The position numbers were made by a program, and so were the translations under genes. Below are positions 18,043-28,994 of a DNA stretch of 64,000 nucleotides, one piece after another (the stretch's first letter is position 1; every line of letters starts with the position of its first letter). The notes under the pieces were generated by a model that was given only the letters and a program-made list of their open reading frames with translations, was not told where the DNA came from and did no database searches. This DNA comes from a virus (taxonomy: Duplodnaviria > Heunggongvirae > Uroviricota > Caudoviricetes), in the IMG/VR virus record IMGVR_UViG_2541047913_000007. The stretch is one strand, 5' to 3'.

Positions 18043-19257
18043 TTACCAGTTCCACAGCGTGCCATCTTCCAGACGTGCGACTGGCAGATAAGCAGGTTCA
18101 TAGGGATATTTCGCCGCCAGCTTTTCATCGAATTCGATGCCAAGACCCGGTTTGTCTCCCGGATGCATATAGCCGTTATCGAAAGTCCAGTTGTGCGGAA
18201 AGACTTCGAGCATTTGTTCGGAATAACCCATGTACTCCTGGACACCGAAATTGGGGACCCACAGATCAAAGTGCAGCGCCGCAGCCATGCAGACTGGTGA
18301 CAAATCGGAAGGACCGTGTGAGCCAGTACGTACCTGATACAGCGAAGCAAAATCGGCAATCCGGCGCATACCGGTAATTCCGCCTGCATGGGTCAGCGTG
18401 GTGCGGATATAATCGATGAGTTGCTCTTCAATCAGTTGTTTGCAGTCCCAGATGCTGTTGAAGACTTCACCCACTGCGATGGGTGTGACGGTATGTTGGC
18501 GAATGAGACGGAAGCATTCCTGGTTTTCCGCAGGCGTCGGGTCTTCCATCCAGAACATGCGATAATCTTCAATGCTTTTACCAAAGCGCGCCGCTTCAAT
18601 AGGCGTTAAGCGATGGTGCATGTCATGCAGCAAATGTTCATTAAAACCAAACTTGTTACGTACCGCGTCAAACAATTTCGGCATGAAATCGAGGTATTTC
18701 TCCGTCGACCACAGCTGCTCTTCCGGCCACTGTCCTTTGGTTGCGGGTTCATAAGCCAGACCTTTACCTTTCGACATGCCGTAGGTGGTTTTCATACCAG
18801 GGATTCCGCACTGCACGCGGATGGCTTTGAATCCCAGCTCCTGATGACGGGCATAATCATCCAGAGCTTCATCAATACTGTGACCGGTGGTATGGCAATA
18901 AACCATCACCCCTTCACGAGACGCGCCGCCGAGTAACTGGTAAAGCGGCATGTTGGCAGCTTTGGCTTTAATATCCCACAGCGCCATATCAACCGCTGAA
19001 ATGGCCGACATCGTAACCGGACCGCGACGCCAGTAAGCACCTTTATAGAAAAACTGCCAGATATCTTCGATACGGTGCGCATCGCGACCAATAAGCTGCG
19101 GACAAAGGTGATCCTGCAAATAAGAGGCCACGGAAAGCTCACGTCCATTGAGGGTGGCATCCCCAAGGCCCGTAATACCGTCCTCAGTGGTGATTTTTAA
19201 TGTGACGAAATTACGCCCCGGACAGGTAACAAAAACTTCAGCCTTTACGATCTTCAT
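18043..19257 (-). CDS. rspA: Starvation-sensing protein RspA (mannonate dehydratase/enolase superfamily)
   Basis: [40 protein letters not shown]... Confidence 0.9.
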
Positions 19258-19462
19258 GTTCGATTCCTTGCATCGCTTGTCGTGATGCATGAAATCTACG
19301 CAACTGAGCTACTACCATACAAGTATAAAGATCGAAAAAAGCCGGAGTGATCACAAAAAAAGGCGTATATTTGCGCTGTGAATGGTTGACAAAAGATGAA
19401 ATAGAATACCTTTTGTCAGCTGACACTTCCTCTTATCTTATTGATAAAATGGATTTATGTTC

Positions 19463-19789
19463 CTACGTGCGCCCCCAGCCCGCAACAATGATCAACATGC
19501 CGCAAAGCGCAATCAACGCACCCGTCCAGTCATAAAGAGTCAGTTTCACGCCATCCACAACGCGCAGCCACATCAACGCCGTGCAGACATAAACGCCACC
19601 ATAAGCCGCGTAAACACGCCCACTCGCCGCTGGATGCAACGTTAACAACCAGACAAACAGCGCCAGTGAAATCCCCGCCGGAAGCAACAGCCAGATACTG
19701 GCGTTTCGTTTTAACCACAACCAGGGCAGAAAGCATCCAATAATTTCACACAGCGCAGTAGCAAAAAATAGTAACGTTGTTTTAATCAT
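19463..19789 (-). CDS. ynfA: UPF0060 membrane protein YnfA
   Basis: [26 protein letters not shown]..., 108 aa. Confidence 0.85.
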
Positions 19790-19923
19790 CTTTGTCACTT
19801 ATTGACATCATGTATAGTTATAGGGCGACATAATATCATCAATATAAACACCCTCCTGGTACGTTTTGCGTTCGCAGTGGATGGTGTAGAATCACCTTTA
19901 ATCATTCATACAGGGAATGAATT

Positions 19924-20265
19924 ATGAAAATCACTCTCAGCAAACGAATCGGCCTGCTCGCTTTTCTGCTGCCTTGCGCACTGGCACTGAGCACAACTGT
20001 TCATGCCGAAACTAACAAACTGGTGATTGAGTCTGGCGACAGTGCACAAAGCCGCCAGCACGCCGCTATGGAAAAAGAGCAATGGAATGACACGCGCAAT
20101 CTGCGTCAGAAAGTGAATAAACGCACTGAAAAAGAGTGGGATAAAGCCGACGCCGCTTTTGATAACCGCGATAAATGTGAGCAAAGCGCCAACATCAATG
20201 CCTACTGGGAGCCAAATACTTTGCGCTGCCTGGACCGTCGAACTGGCCGCGTTATTACCCCCTAA
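19924..20265 (+). CDS. ynfB: YnfB (UPF0482) secreted protein
   Basis: 113 aa with signal peptide, conserved position. Confidence 0.85.
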
Positions 20266-20299
20266 CCTGTTATTGATTTAAGGAATGTAAGGACACGTT

Positions 20300-20860
20300 A
20301 TGCCAAGCGCCCACAGTGTTAAGCTACGCCCGCTGGAGCGTGAAGATTTACGCTATGTACATCAACTCGACAATAACGCCAGTGTGATGCGTTACTGGTT
20401 TGAGGAACCCTACGAAGCCTTTGTTGAACTCTCTGATCTGTATGATAAGCATATTCACGATCAGAGCGAACGACGCTTTGTGGTGGAATGTGACGGCGAA
20501 AAAGCCGGTCTGGTGGAGCTGGTGGAAATTAACCATGTACATCGCCGGGCAGAATTTCAGATAATTATCTCCCCGGAGTATCAGGGGAAAGGTCTGGCAA
20601 CCCGTGCCGCCAAATTAGCAATGGACTATGGCTTCACCGTTCTCAATCTCTATAAGCTGTATCTGATCGTCGATAAAGAGAATGAAAAAGCGATTCACAT
20701 TTACCGCAAGCTTGGCTTTACGGTTGAAGGTGAATTGATGCACGAGTTCTTTATTAATGGTCAATATCGTAATGCCATTCGCATGTGTATATTCCAGCAT
20801 CAGTATCTGGCAGAGCACAAAACACCGGGTCAGACTCTCCTGAAGCCGACCGCACAATAG
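20300..20860 (+). CDS. speG: Spermidine N1-acetyltransferase SpeG
   Basis: 186 aa GNAT protein, conserved position. Confidence 0.9.
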   Translation: MPSAHSVKLRPLEREDLRYVHQLDNNASVMRYWFEEPYEAFVELSDLYDKHIHDQSERRFVVECDGEKAGLVELVEINHVHRRAEFQIIISPEYQGKGLATRAAKLAMDYGFTVLNLYKLYLIVDKENEKAIHIYRKLGFTVEGELMHEFFINGQYRNAIRMCIFQHQYLAEHKTPGQTLLKPTAQ

Positions 20861-20862
20861 CA

Positions 20863-21573
20863 TTAATAATAATCGATCGTATTTTTGATGGTGTAAACCC
20901 GTTCGACGGCGGGTTTTACTCCTTCATCAACAATGATCAGCTGACAGTCCACCGGATTAGCGTGACTGTCATATTCACAGCTCTGTTTTACATTACCAAC
21001 CCGTTGATTATTCAGTAAAGTAACCGCTGTGTAATCTAATTTTTTGATCGGATCCGTTGATGGCGTGGCGCTGACAGATAATGTTTTGTCGTTACTTTTC
21101 GTGGTTTTACCCAGCGGATAACCCTGATCATCATAGCGATATTCCATCTGCATTTGTTTGCTGCTGGCTTTAATCACGAAGCCATTATCATCGGTTTCCC
21201 AACTCACCCCGGCAGAAGGTAATTCTGCTAGCTGGCATTTTCCCTGTAAACGTACTCTCTTCTCCAGCGTCTCGGCATCACGGTAATAATTGGCGTCCAG
21301 TACCAGAGCGACCACGGTATTATTTTCCAGATCCAGTAATTCGAGTGAATCAAAACAGCCTTCTTCCGACAAAGTCCCAGAAACACGTTTCGTCACTTCA
21401 CCTTGCTCATCCATTAATGTCTGAGTGAAATCTTTTACCGGACCACGCAGCGGATCAAAATCGAATTCATTAGAGAAACTGGCCATCTCAGGGGTAAATG
21501 AAAGTGTTACCTCTGTGCGGTCACATCCTGTGAGGAATATCGCGAGTAAGCATGGTAGTAATTTGTATTTCAC
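20863..21573 (-). CDS. ynfC: Lipoprotein YnfC (UPF0257); GTG start
   Basis: MKYKLLPCLLAIFLTGC lipobox when started at GTG 21573. Confidence 0.8.
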   Translation of the reverse strand: MKYKLLPCLLAIFLTGCDRTEVTLSFTPEMASFSNEFDFDPLRGPVKDFTQTLMDEQGEVTKRVSGTLSEEGCFDSLELLDLENNTVVALVLDANYYRDAETLEKRVRLQGKCQLAELPSAGVSWETDDNGFVIKASSKQMQMEYRYDDQGYPLGKTTKSNDKTLSVSATPSTDPIKKLDYTAVTLLNNQRVGNVKQSCEYDSHANPVDCQLIIVDEGVKPAVERVYTIKNTIDYY

Positions 21574-21680
21574 AACAGTCACCAGAGAGTAGAGATGATT
21601 CTCAATCATAGTAGCAAATACAGTACTTTACACGTTAAATGCTATGCTTAAAGAAGTTATCTTCGCGTAAGGAGCTTATG

Positions 21681-21986
21681 ATGAAACTCTCAACCTGCTG
21701 TGCCGCGCTTCTGCTCGCCCTCGCCTCACCCGCGGTACTCGCCGCGCCGGGATCCTGTGAGCGCATACAGAGCGATATATCACAGCGCATTATCAATAAT
21801 GGCGTACCCGAAAGCAGCTTCACGTTAAGTATTGTACCCAATGACCAGGTTGATCAGCCTGATTCCCAGGTCGTCGGCCATTGCGCTAATGATACGCATA
21901 AAATTCTCTATACCCGCACCACCAGCGGTAACGTCTCTGCTCCCGCGCAGTCTACCCAGGATGGCGCGCCTGCCGAACCGCAGTAA
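21681..21986 (+). CDS. ynfD: YnfD (DUF1161) periplasmic protein
   Basis: MKLSTCCAALLLALASPAVLA signal peptide, 101 aa. Confidence 0.8.
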   Translation: MKLSTCCAALLLALASPAVLAAPGSCERIQSDISQRIINNGVPESSFTLSIVPNDQVDQPDSQVVGHCANDTHKILYTRTTSGNVSAPAQSTQDGAPAEPQ

Positions 21987-22184
21987 TACATTATCGACTG
22001 AACGCCGGATACGACACATCCGGCGATTTGAACATACAACATAATCCCACCTTATTACTCATACCCTTCTATTGATATGGATTAATAATTCTTAACCCAA
22101 AATGGGTAGACTCCCTCTATTGTTAGCGCGCTAAATATTCAGTATATAAACATTTATATAACGATAAAGAACAGGGAGTGAGTT

Positions 22185-24611
22185 ATGTCTAAAAATGACC
22201 GAATGGTGGGCATCAGCCGCAGAACACTCGTTAAATCAACCGCGATAGGTTCTCTGGCGCTGGCTGCAGGCGGTTTTTCTTTACCGTTCACCCTGCGCAG
22301 TGCAGCGGCAACGGTACAACAGGCCAGCGAAAAAGTGATCTGGGGTGCCTGTTCCGTCAACTGTGGTAGCCGCTGTGCACTTCGTCTACATGTTAAAGAT
22401 AATGAAGTGACCTGGGTGGAAACTGACAATACCGGCAGCGATGAGTACGGCAACCATCAGGTACGCGCCTGTTTGCGCGGTCGCTCCATCCGCCGGCGTA
22501 TTAATCATCCCGATCGCTTGAATTACCCAATGAAACGCGTGGGTACACGCGGTGAAGGCAAATTCGAACGGATTAGCTGGGATGAAGCCCTGGATACTAT
22601 CGCCAGTAGCCTGAAAAAAACCGTCGAACAATATGGCAATGAGGCTGTATATATTCAGTACTCTTCGGGGATTGTTGGCGGCAATATGACCCGCTCTTCG
22701 CCATCAGCCTCGGCGGTCAAACGCCTGATGAACTGCTACGGCGGTTCACTCAATCAGTATGGCTCCTACAGCACCGCGCAAATTTCCTGTGCCATGCCCT
22801 ACACCTACGGCAGTAATGATGGCAACAGCACCACGGATATTGAAAACAGCAAGCTGGTCGTGATGTTTGGTAACAACCCGGCAGAAACCCGCATGAGCGG
22901 CGGTGGCATCACTTATCTTCTTGAAAAAGCGCGCGAGAAATCGAACGCCAAAATGATTGTTATCGATCCGCGATATACCGATACGGCTGCTGGTCGTGAA
23001 GATGAATGGCTCCCTATTCGCCCGGGCACCGATGCCGCGCTGGTTGCGGGTATTGCCTGGGTATTGATTAACGAAAATCTCGTTGATCAACCTTTTCTCG
23101 ATAAATACTGCGTCGGCTATGACGAAAAAACCTTACCCGCAGATGCACCCAAAAATGGTCACTATAAAGCCTATATTCTTGGTGAAGGTGATGATAACAC
23201 AGCGAAAACGCCGCAGTGGGCTTCGCAAATTACCGGTATCCCGGTAGACCGTATCATCAAACTGGCGCGTGAAATTGGCACAGCAAAACCCGCTTATATC
23301 TGCCAGGGCTGGGGGCCGCAACGCCAGGCAAACGGCGAACTGACTGCACGCGCTATTGCTATGTTACCTATTTTGACGGGCAATGTCGGCATCAGCGGCG
23401 GAAATAGTGGCGCGCGTGAATCGACCTATACCATTACCATAGAACGCCTGCCGGTGCTGGATAATCCGGTCAAAACGTCAATCTCCTGCTTCAGCTGGAC
23501 AGATGCTATCGATCATGGTCCGCAAATGACGGCAATCCGCGACGGCGTCCGCGGCAAAGATAAACTGGATGTGCCCATTAAGTTCATCTGGAACTACGCG
23601 GGAAATACCCTCGTTAATCAGCATTCTGACATCAACAAAACGCATGAAATTCTGCAAGACGAATCGAAATGCGAAATGATTGTGGTCATCGAAAACTTTA
23701 TGACCTCATCGGCAAAATATGCCGACATTCTGCTGCCAGACCTGATGACCGTTGAGCAGGAAGATATTATTCCTAACGACTACGCCGGTAACATGGGATA
23801 TCTCATTTTCCTCCAGCCAGTCACCAGCGAAAAATTCGAACGTAAACCGATTTACTGGATCCTGAGTGAAGTCGCGAAACGTCTTGGACCTGACGTCTAT
23901 CAAAAGTTCACTGAAGGTCGCACGCAGGAACAATGGTTACAACATCTGTACGCCAAAATGCTTGCCAAAGATCCGGCGTTACCGTCTTACGACGAACTGA
24001 AAAAAATGGGTATCTATAAGCGTAAAGATCCCAATGGTCATTTTGTCGCCTACAAAGCATTTCGTGACGACCCCGAGGCAAATCCACTTAAAACACCTTC
24101 CGGTAAGATTGAAATTTATTCCAGCAAGCTGGCGGAAATTGCCCGTACCTGGGAACTGGAAAAAGATGAAGTGATAAGCCCACTGCCAGTTTATGCCTCT
24201 ACCTTTGAAGGCTGGGACTCCCCTGAACGTAGAACCTTCCCACTTCAACTGTTTGGTTTCCATTACAAATCCCGTACTCACTCGACCTACGGCAATATTG
24301 ATCTCCTGAAGGCTGCCTGCCGTCAGGAGGTGTGGATCAACCCTATAGATGCGCAGAAACGTGGGATTGCCAACGGCGATATGGTGCGGGTGTTTAACCA
24401 TCGTGGCGAAGTTCGGCTACCAGCCAAAGTGACACCACGCATTCTCCCTGGGGTTAGCGCTATGGGCCAGGGAGCCTGGCACGAGGCCAATATGTCTGGC
24501 GATAAAATCGACCATGGCGGCTGTGTGAATACGCTAACCACTCTGCGCCCTTCACCACTGGCGAAGGGAAACCCGCAGCACACTAATCTGGTCGAGATCG
24601 AAAAAATATAA
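22185..24611 (+). CDS. ynfE: Molybdopterin oxidoreductase YnfE (DMSO/selenate reductase family catalytic subunit, Tat signal)
   Basis: 808 aa; twin-arginine motif SRRTLVK; 4Fe-4S CSVNCGSRC. Confidence 0.9.
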   Translation: MSKNDRMVGISRRTLVKSTAIGSLALAAGGFSLPFTLRSAAATVQQASEKVIWGACSVNCGSRCALRLHVKDNEVTWVETDNTGSDEYGNHQVRACLRGRSIRRRINHPDRLNYPMKRVGTRGEGKFERISWDEALDTIASSLKKTVEQYGNEAVYIQYSSGIVGGNMTRSSPSASAVKRLMNCYGGSLNQYGSYSTAQISCAMPYTYGSNDGNSTTDIENSKLVVMFGNNPAETRMSGGGITYLLEKAREKSNAKMIVIDPRYTDTAAGREDEWLPIRPGTDAALVAGIAWVLINENLVDQPFLDKYCVGYDEKTLPADAPKNGHYKAYILGEGDDNTAKTPQWASQITGIPVDRIIKLAREIGTAKPAYICQGWGPQRQANGELTARAIAMLPILTGNVGISGGNSGARESTYTITIERLPVLDNPVKTSISCFSWTDAIDHGPQMTAIRDGVRGKDKLDVPIKFIWNYAGNTLVNQHSDINKTHEILQDESKCEMIVVIENFMTSSAKYADILLPDLMTVEQEDIIPNDYAGNMGYLIFLQPVTSEKFERKPIYWILSEVAKRLGPDVYQKFTEGRTQEQWLQHLYAKMLAKDPALPSYDELKKMGIYKRKDPNGHFVAYKAFRDDPEANPLKTPSGKIEIYSSKLAEIARTWELEKDEVISPLPVYASTFEGWDSPERRTFPLQLFGFHYKSRTHSTYGNIDLLKAACRQEVWINPIDAQKRGIANGDMVRVFNHRGEVRLPAKVTPRILPGVSAMGQGAWHEANMSGDKIDHGGCVNTLTTLRPSPLAKGNPQHTNLVEIEKI

Positions 24612-24668
24612 CCCACGACAACCATAAATTCTGGCATGACATTTTGTTTGAAAAGCAATAAGTGAGTA

Positions 24669-27095
24669 ATGATGAAAATCCATACCACAGAGGCGCTCAT
24701 GAAGGCTGAAATCAGCCGTAGAAGTCTGATGAAAACCTCCGCACTTGGCAGTCTTGCGCTGGCAAGCAGTGCTTTCACTCTGCCATTTTCTCAAATGGTC
24801 CGGGCGGCAGAGGCTCCGGTAGAAGAGAAAGCGGTCTGGAGTTCCTGCACCGTTAACTGCGGGAGCCGCTGTCTGTTACGTTTGCATGTGAAAGATGACA
24901 CCGTGTACTGGGTGGAGTCTGATACGACAGGTGACGACGTCTACGGTAATCATCAGGTTCGCGCGTGTTTACGCGGGCGCTCTATCCGCCGACGGATGAA
25001 TCATCCTGATAGGTTGAAATATCCCATGAAGCGCGTCGGCAAACGCGGTGAAGGTAAATTTGAATGGATAAGTTGGGACGAAGCCCTGGATACCATCAGT
25101 GATAATCTTCGGCGGATCCTAAAAGATTACGGCAATGAGGCTGTACATGTCCTGTACGGAACAGGCGTAGATGGCGGAAACATCACCAACTCAAACGTCC
25201 CGTACCGTCTGATGAACTCTTGCGGTGGTTTTCTCAGTCGCTATGGCAGCTACAGTACCGCACAGATCAGTGCCGCAATGAGTTATATGTTCGGTGCCAA
25301 TGATGGCAACAGCCCGGATGATATCGCCAATACGAAACTGGTCGTTATGTTCGGAAATAACCCGGCAGAAACGCGGATGAGCGGCGGTGGTGTCACTTAC
25401 TACGTCGAGCAAGCCCGCGAACGTTCAAACGCACGCATGATCGTCATCGATCCACGTTATAACGACACAGCTGCCGGGCGTGAAGATGAATGGCTGCCCA
25501 TTCGCCCAGGCACCGATGGCGCACTGGCCTGTGCGATTGCCTGGGTACTGATTACTGAAAACATGGTCGATCAGCCATTTCTCGACAAATATTGTGTTGG
25601 TTACGATGAAAAAACTCTGCCCGCCAACGCACCACGTAACGCGCATTATAAAGCCTATATTCTGGGCGAAGGGCCTGACGGCATAGCTAAAACGCCGGAA
25701 TGGGCAGCAAAAATCACCAGCATCCCGGCAGAAAAAATTATCCAGTTGGCACGAGAGATCGGTTCAGCAAAACCTGCTTATATTTGTCAGGGTTGGGGGC
25801 CACAACGACATTCCAACGGCGAGCAAACGTCCCGCGCTATTGCCATGCTTTCCGTTCTCACCGGTAACGTCGGCATAAACGGCGGCAACTCAGGTGTACG
25901 CGAAGGTAGCTGGGATCTGGGGGTAGAATGGTTCCCGATGCTTGAGAACCCTGTTAAAACGCAGATTTCCGTCTTTACATGGACAGATGCCATCGACCAT
26001 GGTAAGGAAATGACCGCGACCCGTGATGGTGTTCGTGGAAAAGAAAAACTGGATGTCCCCATCAAGTTTTTATGGTGCTACGCCAGTAACACATTGATCA
26101 ATCAACATGGCGACATCAATCACACCCATGAGGTGCTTCAGGATGACAGCAAGTGCGAGATGATTGTTGGCATTGACCACTTCATGACGGCCTCGGCTAA
26201 GTATTGCGATATCCTGTTGCCCGACCTGATGCCAACAGAGCAAGAAGACCTTATCTCTCATGAATCTGCAGGGAATATGGGCTATGTGATCCTCGCCCAA
26301 CCCGCAACCTCTGCAAAATTTGAACGCAAACCCATCTACTGGATGCTGAGTGAAGTCGCCAAACGCTTAGGACCAGACGTTTATCAAACCTTTACTGAAG
26401 GTCGCAGTCAGCATGAATGGATCAAATATCTCCATGCGAAAACGAAGGAACGTAACCCTGAGATGCCCGACTACGAGGAGATGAAAACGACCGGGATCTT
26501 TAAGAAAAAATGCCCGGAAGAACACTACGTCGCTTTCCGCGCATTCCGTGAAGATCCCCAGGCAAACCCGTTGAAAACACCTTCGGGGAAAATCGAAATT
26601 TATTCTGAACGACTGGCGAAGATTGCGGATACCTGGGAATTGAAAAAAGATGAAATTATTCATCCCCTTCCAGCTTATACGCCAGGTTTTGATGGCTGGG
26701 ACGATCCCCTGCGGAAAACCTATCCACTGCAGTTAACGGGCTTCCACTACAAGGCGCGTACCCACTCCAGCTACGGCAATATTGATGTGTTACAGCAGGC
26801 CTGCCCACAAGAGGTGTGGATCAACCCCATTGATGCTCAGGCTCGCGGTATCCGTCATGGCGATACCGTGCGGGTATTTAACAATAATGGAGAAATGCTG
26901 ATTGCCGCAAAAGTGACTCCGCGTATTCTGCCTGGCGTTACCGCCATCGGGCAAGGTGCGTGGCTTAAAGCGGATATGTTTGGTGACCGGGTCGATCACG
27001 GCGGCAGTATCAATATTCTGACCTCTCACCGCCCTTCACCGCTGGCAAAGGGAAACCCGTCGCACAGCAATCTTGTCCAGATCGAAAAGGTTTAA
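24669..27095 (+). CDS. ynfF: Molybdopterin oxidoreductase YnfF (paralogue of YnfE)
   Basis: 808 aa; Tat motif SRRSLMK; CTVNCGSRC. Confidence 0.9.
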   Translation: MMKIHTTEALMKAEISRRSLMKTSALGSLALASSAFTLPFSQMVRAAEAPVEEKAVWSSCTVNCGSRCLLRLHVKDDTVYWVESDTTGDDVYGNHQVRACLRGRSIRRRMNHPDRLKYPMKRVGKRGEGKFEWISWDEALDTISDNLRRILKDYGNEAVHVLYGTGVDGGNITNSNVPYRLMNSCGGFLSRYGSYSTAQISAAMSYMFGANDGNSPDDIANTKLVVMFGNNPAETRMSGGGVTYYVEQARERSNARMIVIDPRYNDTAAGREDEWLPIRPGTDGALACAIAWVLITENMVDQPFLDKYCVGYDEKTLPANAPRNAHYKAYILGEGPDGIAKTPEWAAKITSIPAEKIIQLAREIGSAKPAYICQGWGPQRHSNGEQTSRAIAMLSVLTGNVGINGGNSGVREGSWDLGVEWFPMLENPVKTQISVFTWTDAIDHGKEMTATRDGVRGKEKLDVPIKFLWCYASNTLINQHGDINHTHEVLQDDSKCEMIVGIDHFMTASAKYCDILLPDLMPTEQEDLISHESAGNMGYVILAQPATSAKFERKPIYWMLSEVAKRLGPDVYQTFTEGRSQHEWIKYLHAKTKERNPEMPDYEEMKTTGIFKKKCPEEHYVAFRAFREDPQANPLKTPSGKIEIYSERLAKIADTWELKKDEIIHPLPAYTPGFDGWDDPLRKTYPLQLTGFHYKARTHSSYGNIDVLQQACPQEVWINPIDAQARGIRHGDTVRVFNNNGEMLIAAKVTPRILPGVTAIGQGAWLKADMFGDRVDHGGSINILTSHRPSPLAKGNPSHSNLVQIEKV

Positions 27096-27105
27096 AGAGT
27101 AGCCC

Positions 27106-27219
27106 ATGACCACACAATATGGATTTTTTATCGATTCCAGCCGCTGTACTGGCTGTAAAACCTGCGAACTGGCGTGCAAAGATTTTAAAGTTGGTTACGT
27201 ATCGTTTAAAATCAATTAG
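27106..27219 (+). pseudogene. ynfG: ynfG truncated after ~27 codons by prophage 2 insertion (ferredoxin-type Fe-S subunit)
   Basis: MTTQYGFFIDSSRCTGCKTCELACKD then unrelated sequence and stop after 37 aa. Confidence 0.8.
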
Positions 27220-27269
27220 ATAGCCCGTCATTTCTGCGCTCACACGTCCCAACATTGAAAAACATGCAA

Positions 27270-27312
27270 AGCTTTGTAAGCCAATGCAAAGCTTTGTGTG
27301 TCTCACTTTTGT
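27270..27312. repeat. Direct repeat atgcaaagctttgt x2 near prophage 2 end (possible integrase arm-type sites)
   Basis: Two copies 22 bp apart about 90 bp inside the junction. Confidence 0.3.
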
Positions 27313-27634
27313 CCCAATACCAATCCGAATCCACCCTTTGTCATCATTGAGAAATGGCAAGGAAGAAAAGGATGTTACTGCACGATTTGACAAATCCGCC
27401 AGAGCTATCGCATACTGATCGCACTGAACAAATAAGCGGTCTCCGCACCCGATAGCTTTGCGGCTTTTTTATGCCTGCAATTTGGCATAGTTACATCCGT
27501 ACAAAGGTCGGGTGGAGAGGCGTAATACAACACCCGCAAGGGGAATATGCCCAGAGCTTCTTATTTGGCTCAGTTGACACCCGACCGCCAGCTACTAACT
27601 GGCGGTTATAAACTAAACAAATAAGGAGGTCATC

Positions 27635-27919
27635 ATGACCAGTCAACTCATCCCCGTATTCAACGGTTCTATCTCAAACCAAGCAGCCCTTCTATGCAAT
27701 GCTCGCAATCTACACGCTTTCCTTGGGGTTGGTAAACGCTTTGCATCGTGGATAACAGAACGTATTGCTGAATATGGTTTCGTTGAAAAACAGGACTATA
27801 TGATTGCTTCCCAAATTCGGGAAGCAAAAGGTAGAGGCGGTCACAACCGCAAGGAATACCACCTCACCCTCGACACAGCCAAAGAGCTTGCGATGGTTGA
27901 CGACTGCGTCCAATACTGA
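27635..27919 (+). CDS. AntA-domain antirepressor-like protein, short copy (94 aa)
   Basis: MTSQLIPVFNGS...EYHLTLDTAKELAMV; identical RBS ataaggaggtcatcATG as second copy. Confidence 0.6.
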   Translation: MTSQLIPVFNGSISNQAALLCNARNLHAFLGVGKRFASWITERIAEYGFVEKQDYMIASQIREAKGRGGHNRKEYHLTLDTAKELAMVDDCVQY

Positions 27920-28168
27920 CTATACTCCGCGCCGAGGCCTCGAAAACCTCCCAAAAGCGGATTAAACCAACCCCGTCAGTGTTGGATTTTTTATGCCTGT
28001 TATTCAGTGATAGCACAGTGTGCGGTCACATCCCCGATCAATGTCGGGAGGGCGACGAATACAACACCCGCAAGGGGAATAAGTCCGCGGTATCTTTTGG
28101 GCCGTTTCGAGCCTCCCGGCACCACATCTTGTGGTGGCATTTCTCGAAAAAAGCCAAAGGAGGTCATC

Positions 28169-28798
28169 ATGACCACTCAACTCATCCCTGTGTTTGAAGG
28201 TACAATCTCAAATGAACCTACGCTTCTGGTGAACGCGCGTGATTTGCATGGATTTTTAGAGGTAGGTAAAGATTTTTCTAACTGGATACGGGCCAGGCTA
28301 AACGAGTATGGATTCGTAGAAAATTTAGACTACATTCTATTTTCGCCAAATTTGGCGAAAACTCCAGGCCGCCGCCGCAAGGAATACCACCTCACCCTCG
28401 ACACAGCCAAAGAGCTTGCGATGGTTGAACGTAACGAAAAAGGTCGCCAGATCCGCCGCTACTTCATCGAGTGCGAAAAGAAACTTCGCAACATTCAGCC
28501 AGTACAAGCAGAACCACAGCCGCAATTCACAGCCGAGGAAATCATCCTCCTTTGCTACATGCAGCTCTGGATGGAAAAAGCCCAGGACCTCAGCAAACAC
28601 CTGTATCCCATCATGAAAGAGCTGAACTCCTCATACACGAACAAGCTGTATGACATTGCGTTTGAGACCATCTACATGGTGACGAAGAACAGAGATGCGT
28701 TACTGAGGGAAGTAACACGTCTCGACATGTCAAGTTCCGTTATCCAACGAGCCATGCCAATGCTGAAAAGCCTGCGGGCAAGGCAATTCGAATTCTGA
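28169..28798 (+). CDS. AntA/AntB-type antirepressor-like protein (209 aa)
   Basis: MTTQLIPVFEGTISNEPTLLVNARDLHGFLEVGKDFSNWI...KEYHLTLDTAKELAMVER. Confidence 0.65.
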   Translation: MTTQLIPVFEGTISNEPTLLVNARDLHGFLEVGKDFSNWIRARLNEYGFVENLDYILFSPNLAKTPGRRRKEYHLTLDTAKELAMVERNEKGRQIRRYFIECEKKLRNIQPVQAEPQPQFTAEEIILLCYMQLWMEKAQDLSKHLYPIMKELNSSYTNKLYDIAFETIYMVTKNRDALLREVTRLDMSSSVIQRAMPMLKSLRARQFEF

Positions 28799-28802
28799 AA
28801 CT

Positions 28803-28828
28803 AAAGGAGCTTCGGCTCCTTTTTTCAT
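28803..28828 (+). terminator. Intrinsic terminator after ant copy 2 (ggagcttcggctcc plus T6)
   Basis: Perfect hairpin and T-tract. Confidence 0.65.
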
Positions 28829-28994
28829 GCCTGAACGACAACGCCGCTGAAATCGAAGAGTTAATACAATAAAGAGAAGAGCTCAGTACATTAGATAAAC
28901 ATTTTTTATCATTATCTCATTGCCTTTATTCAAAAAAATAGTTACATAACGTTACTAGGTAAAATGCAAACCCTCGCTATTTTTATCAGATTGT

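Noticed and set aside
22386-27393. Minus-strand ORFs within ynfE/ynfF
   Set aside because: Antisense to conserved molybdoenzyme genes
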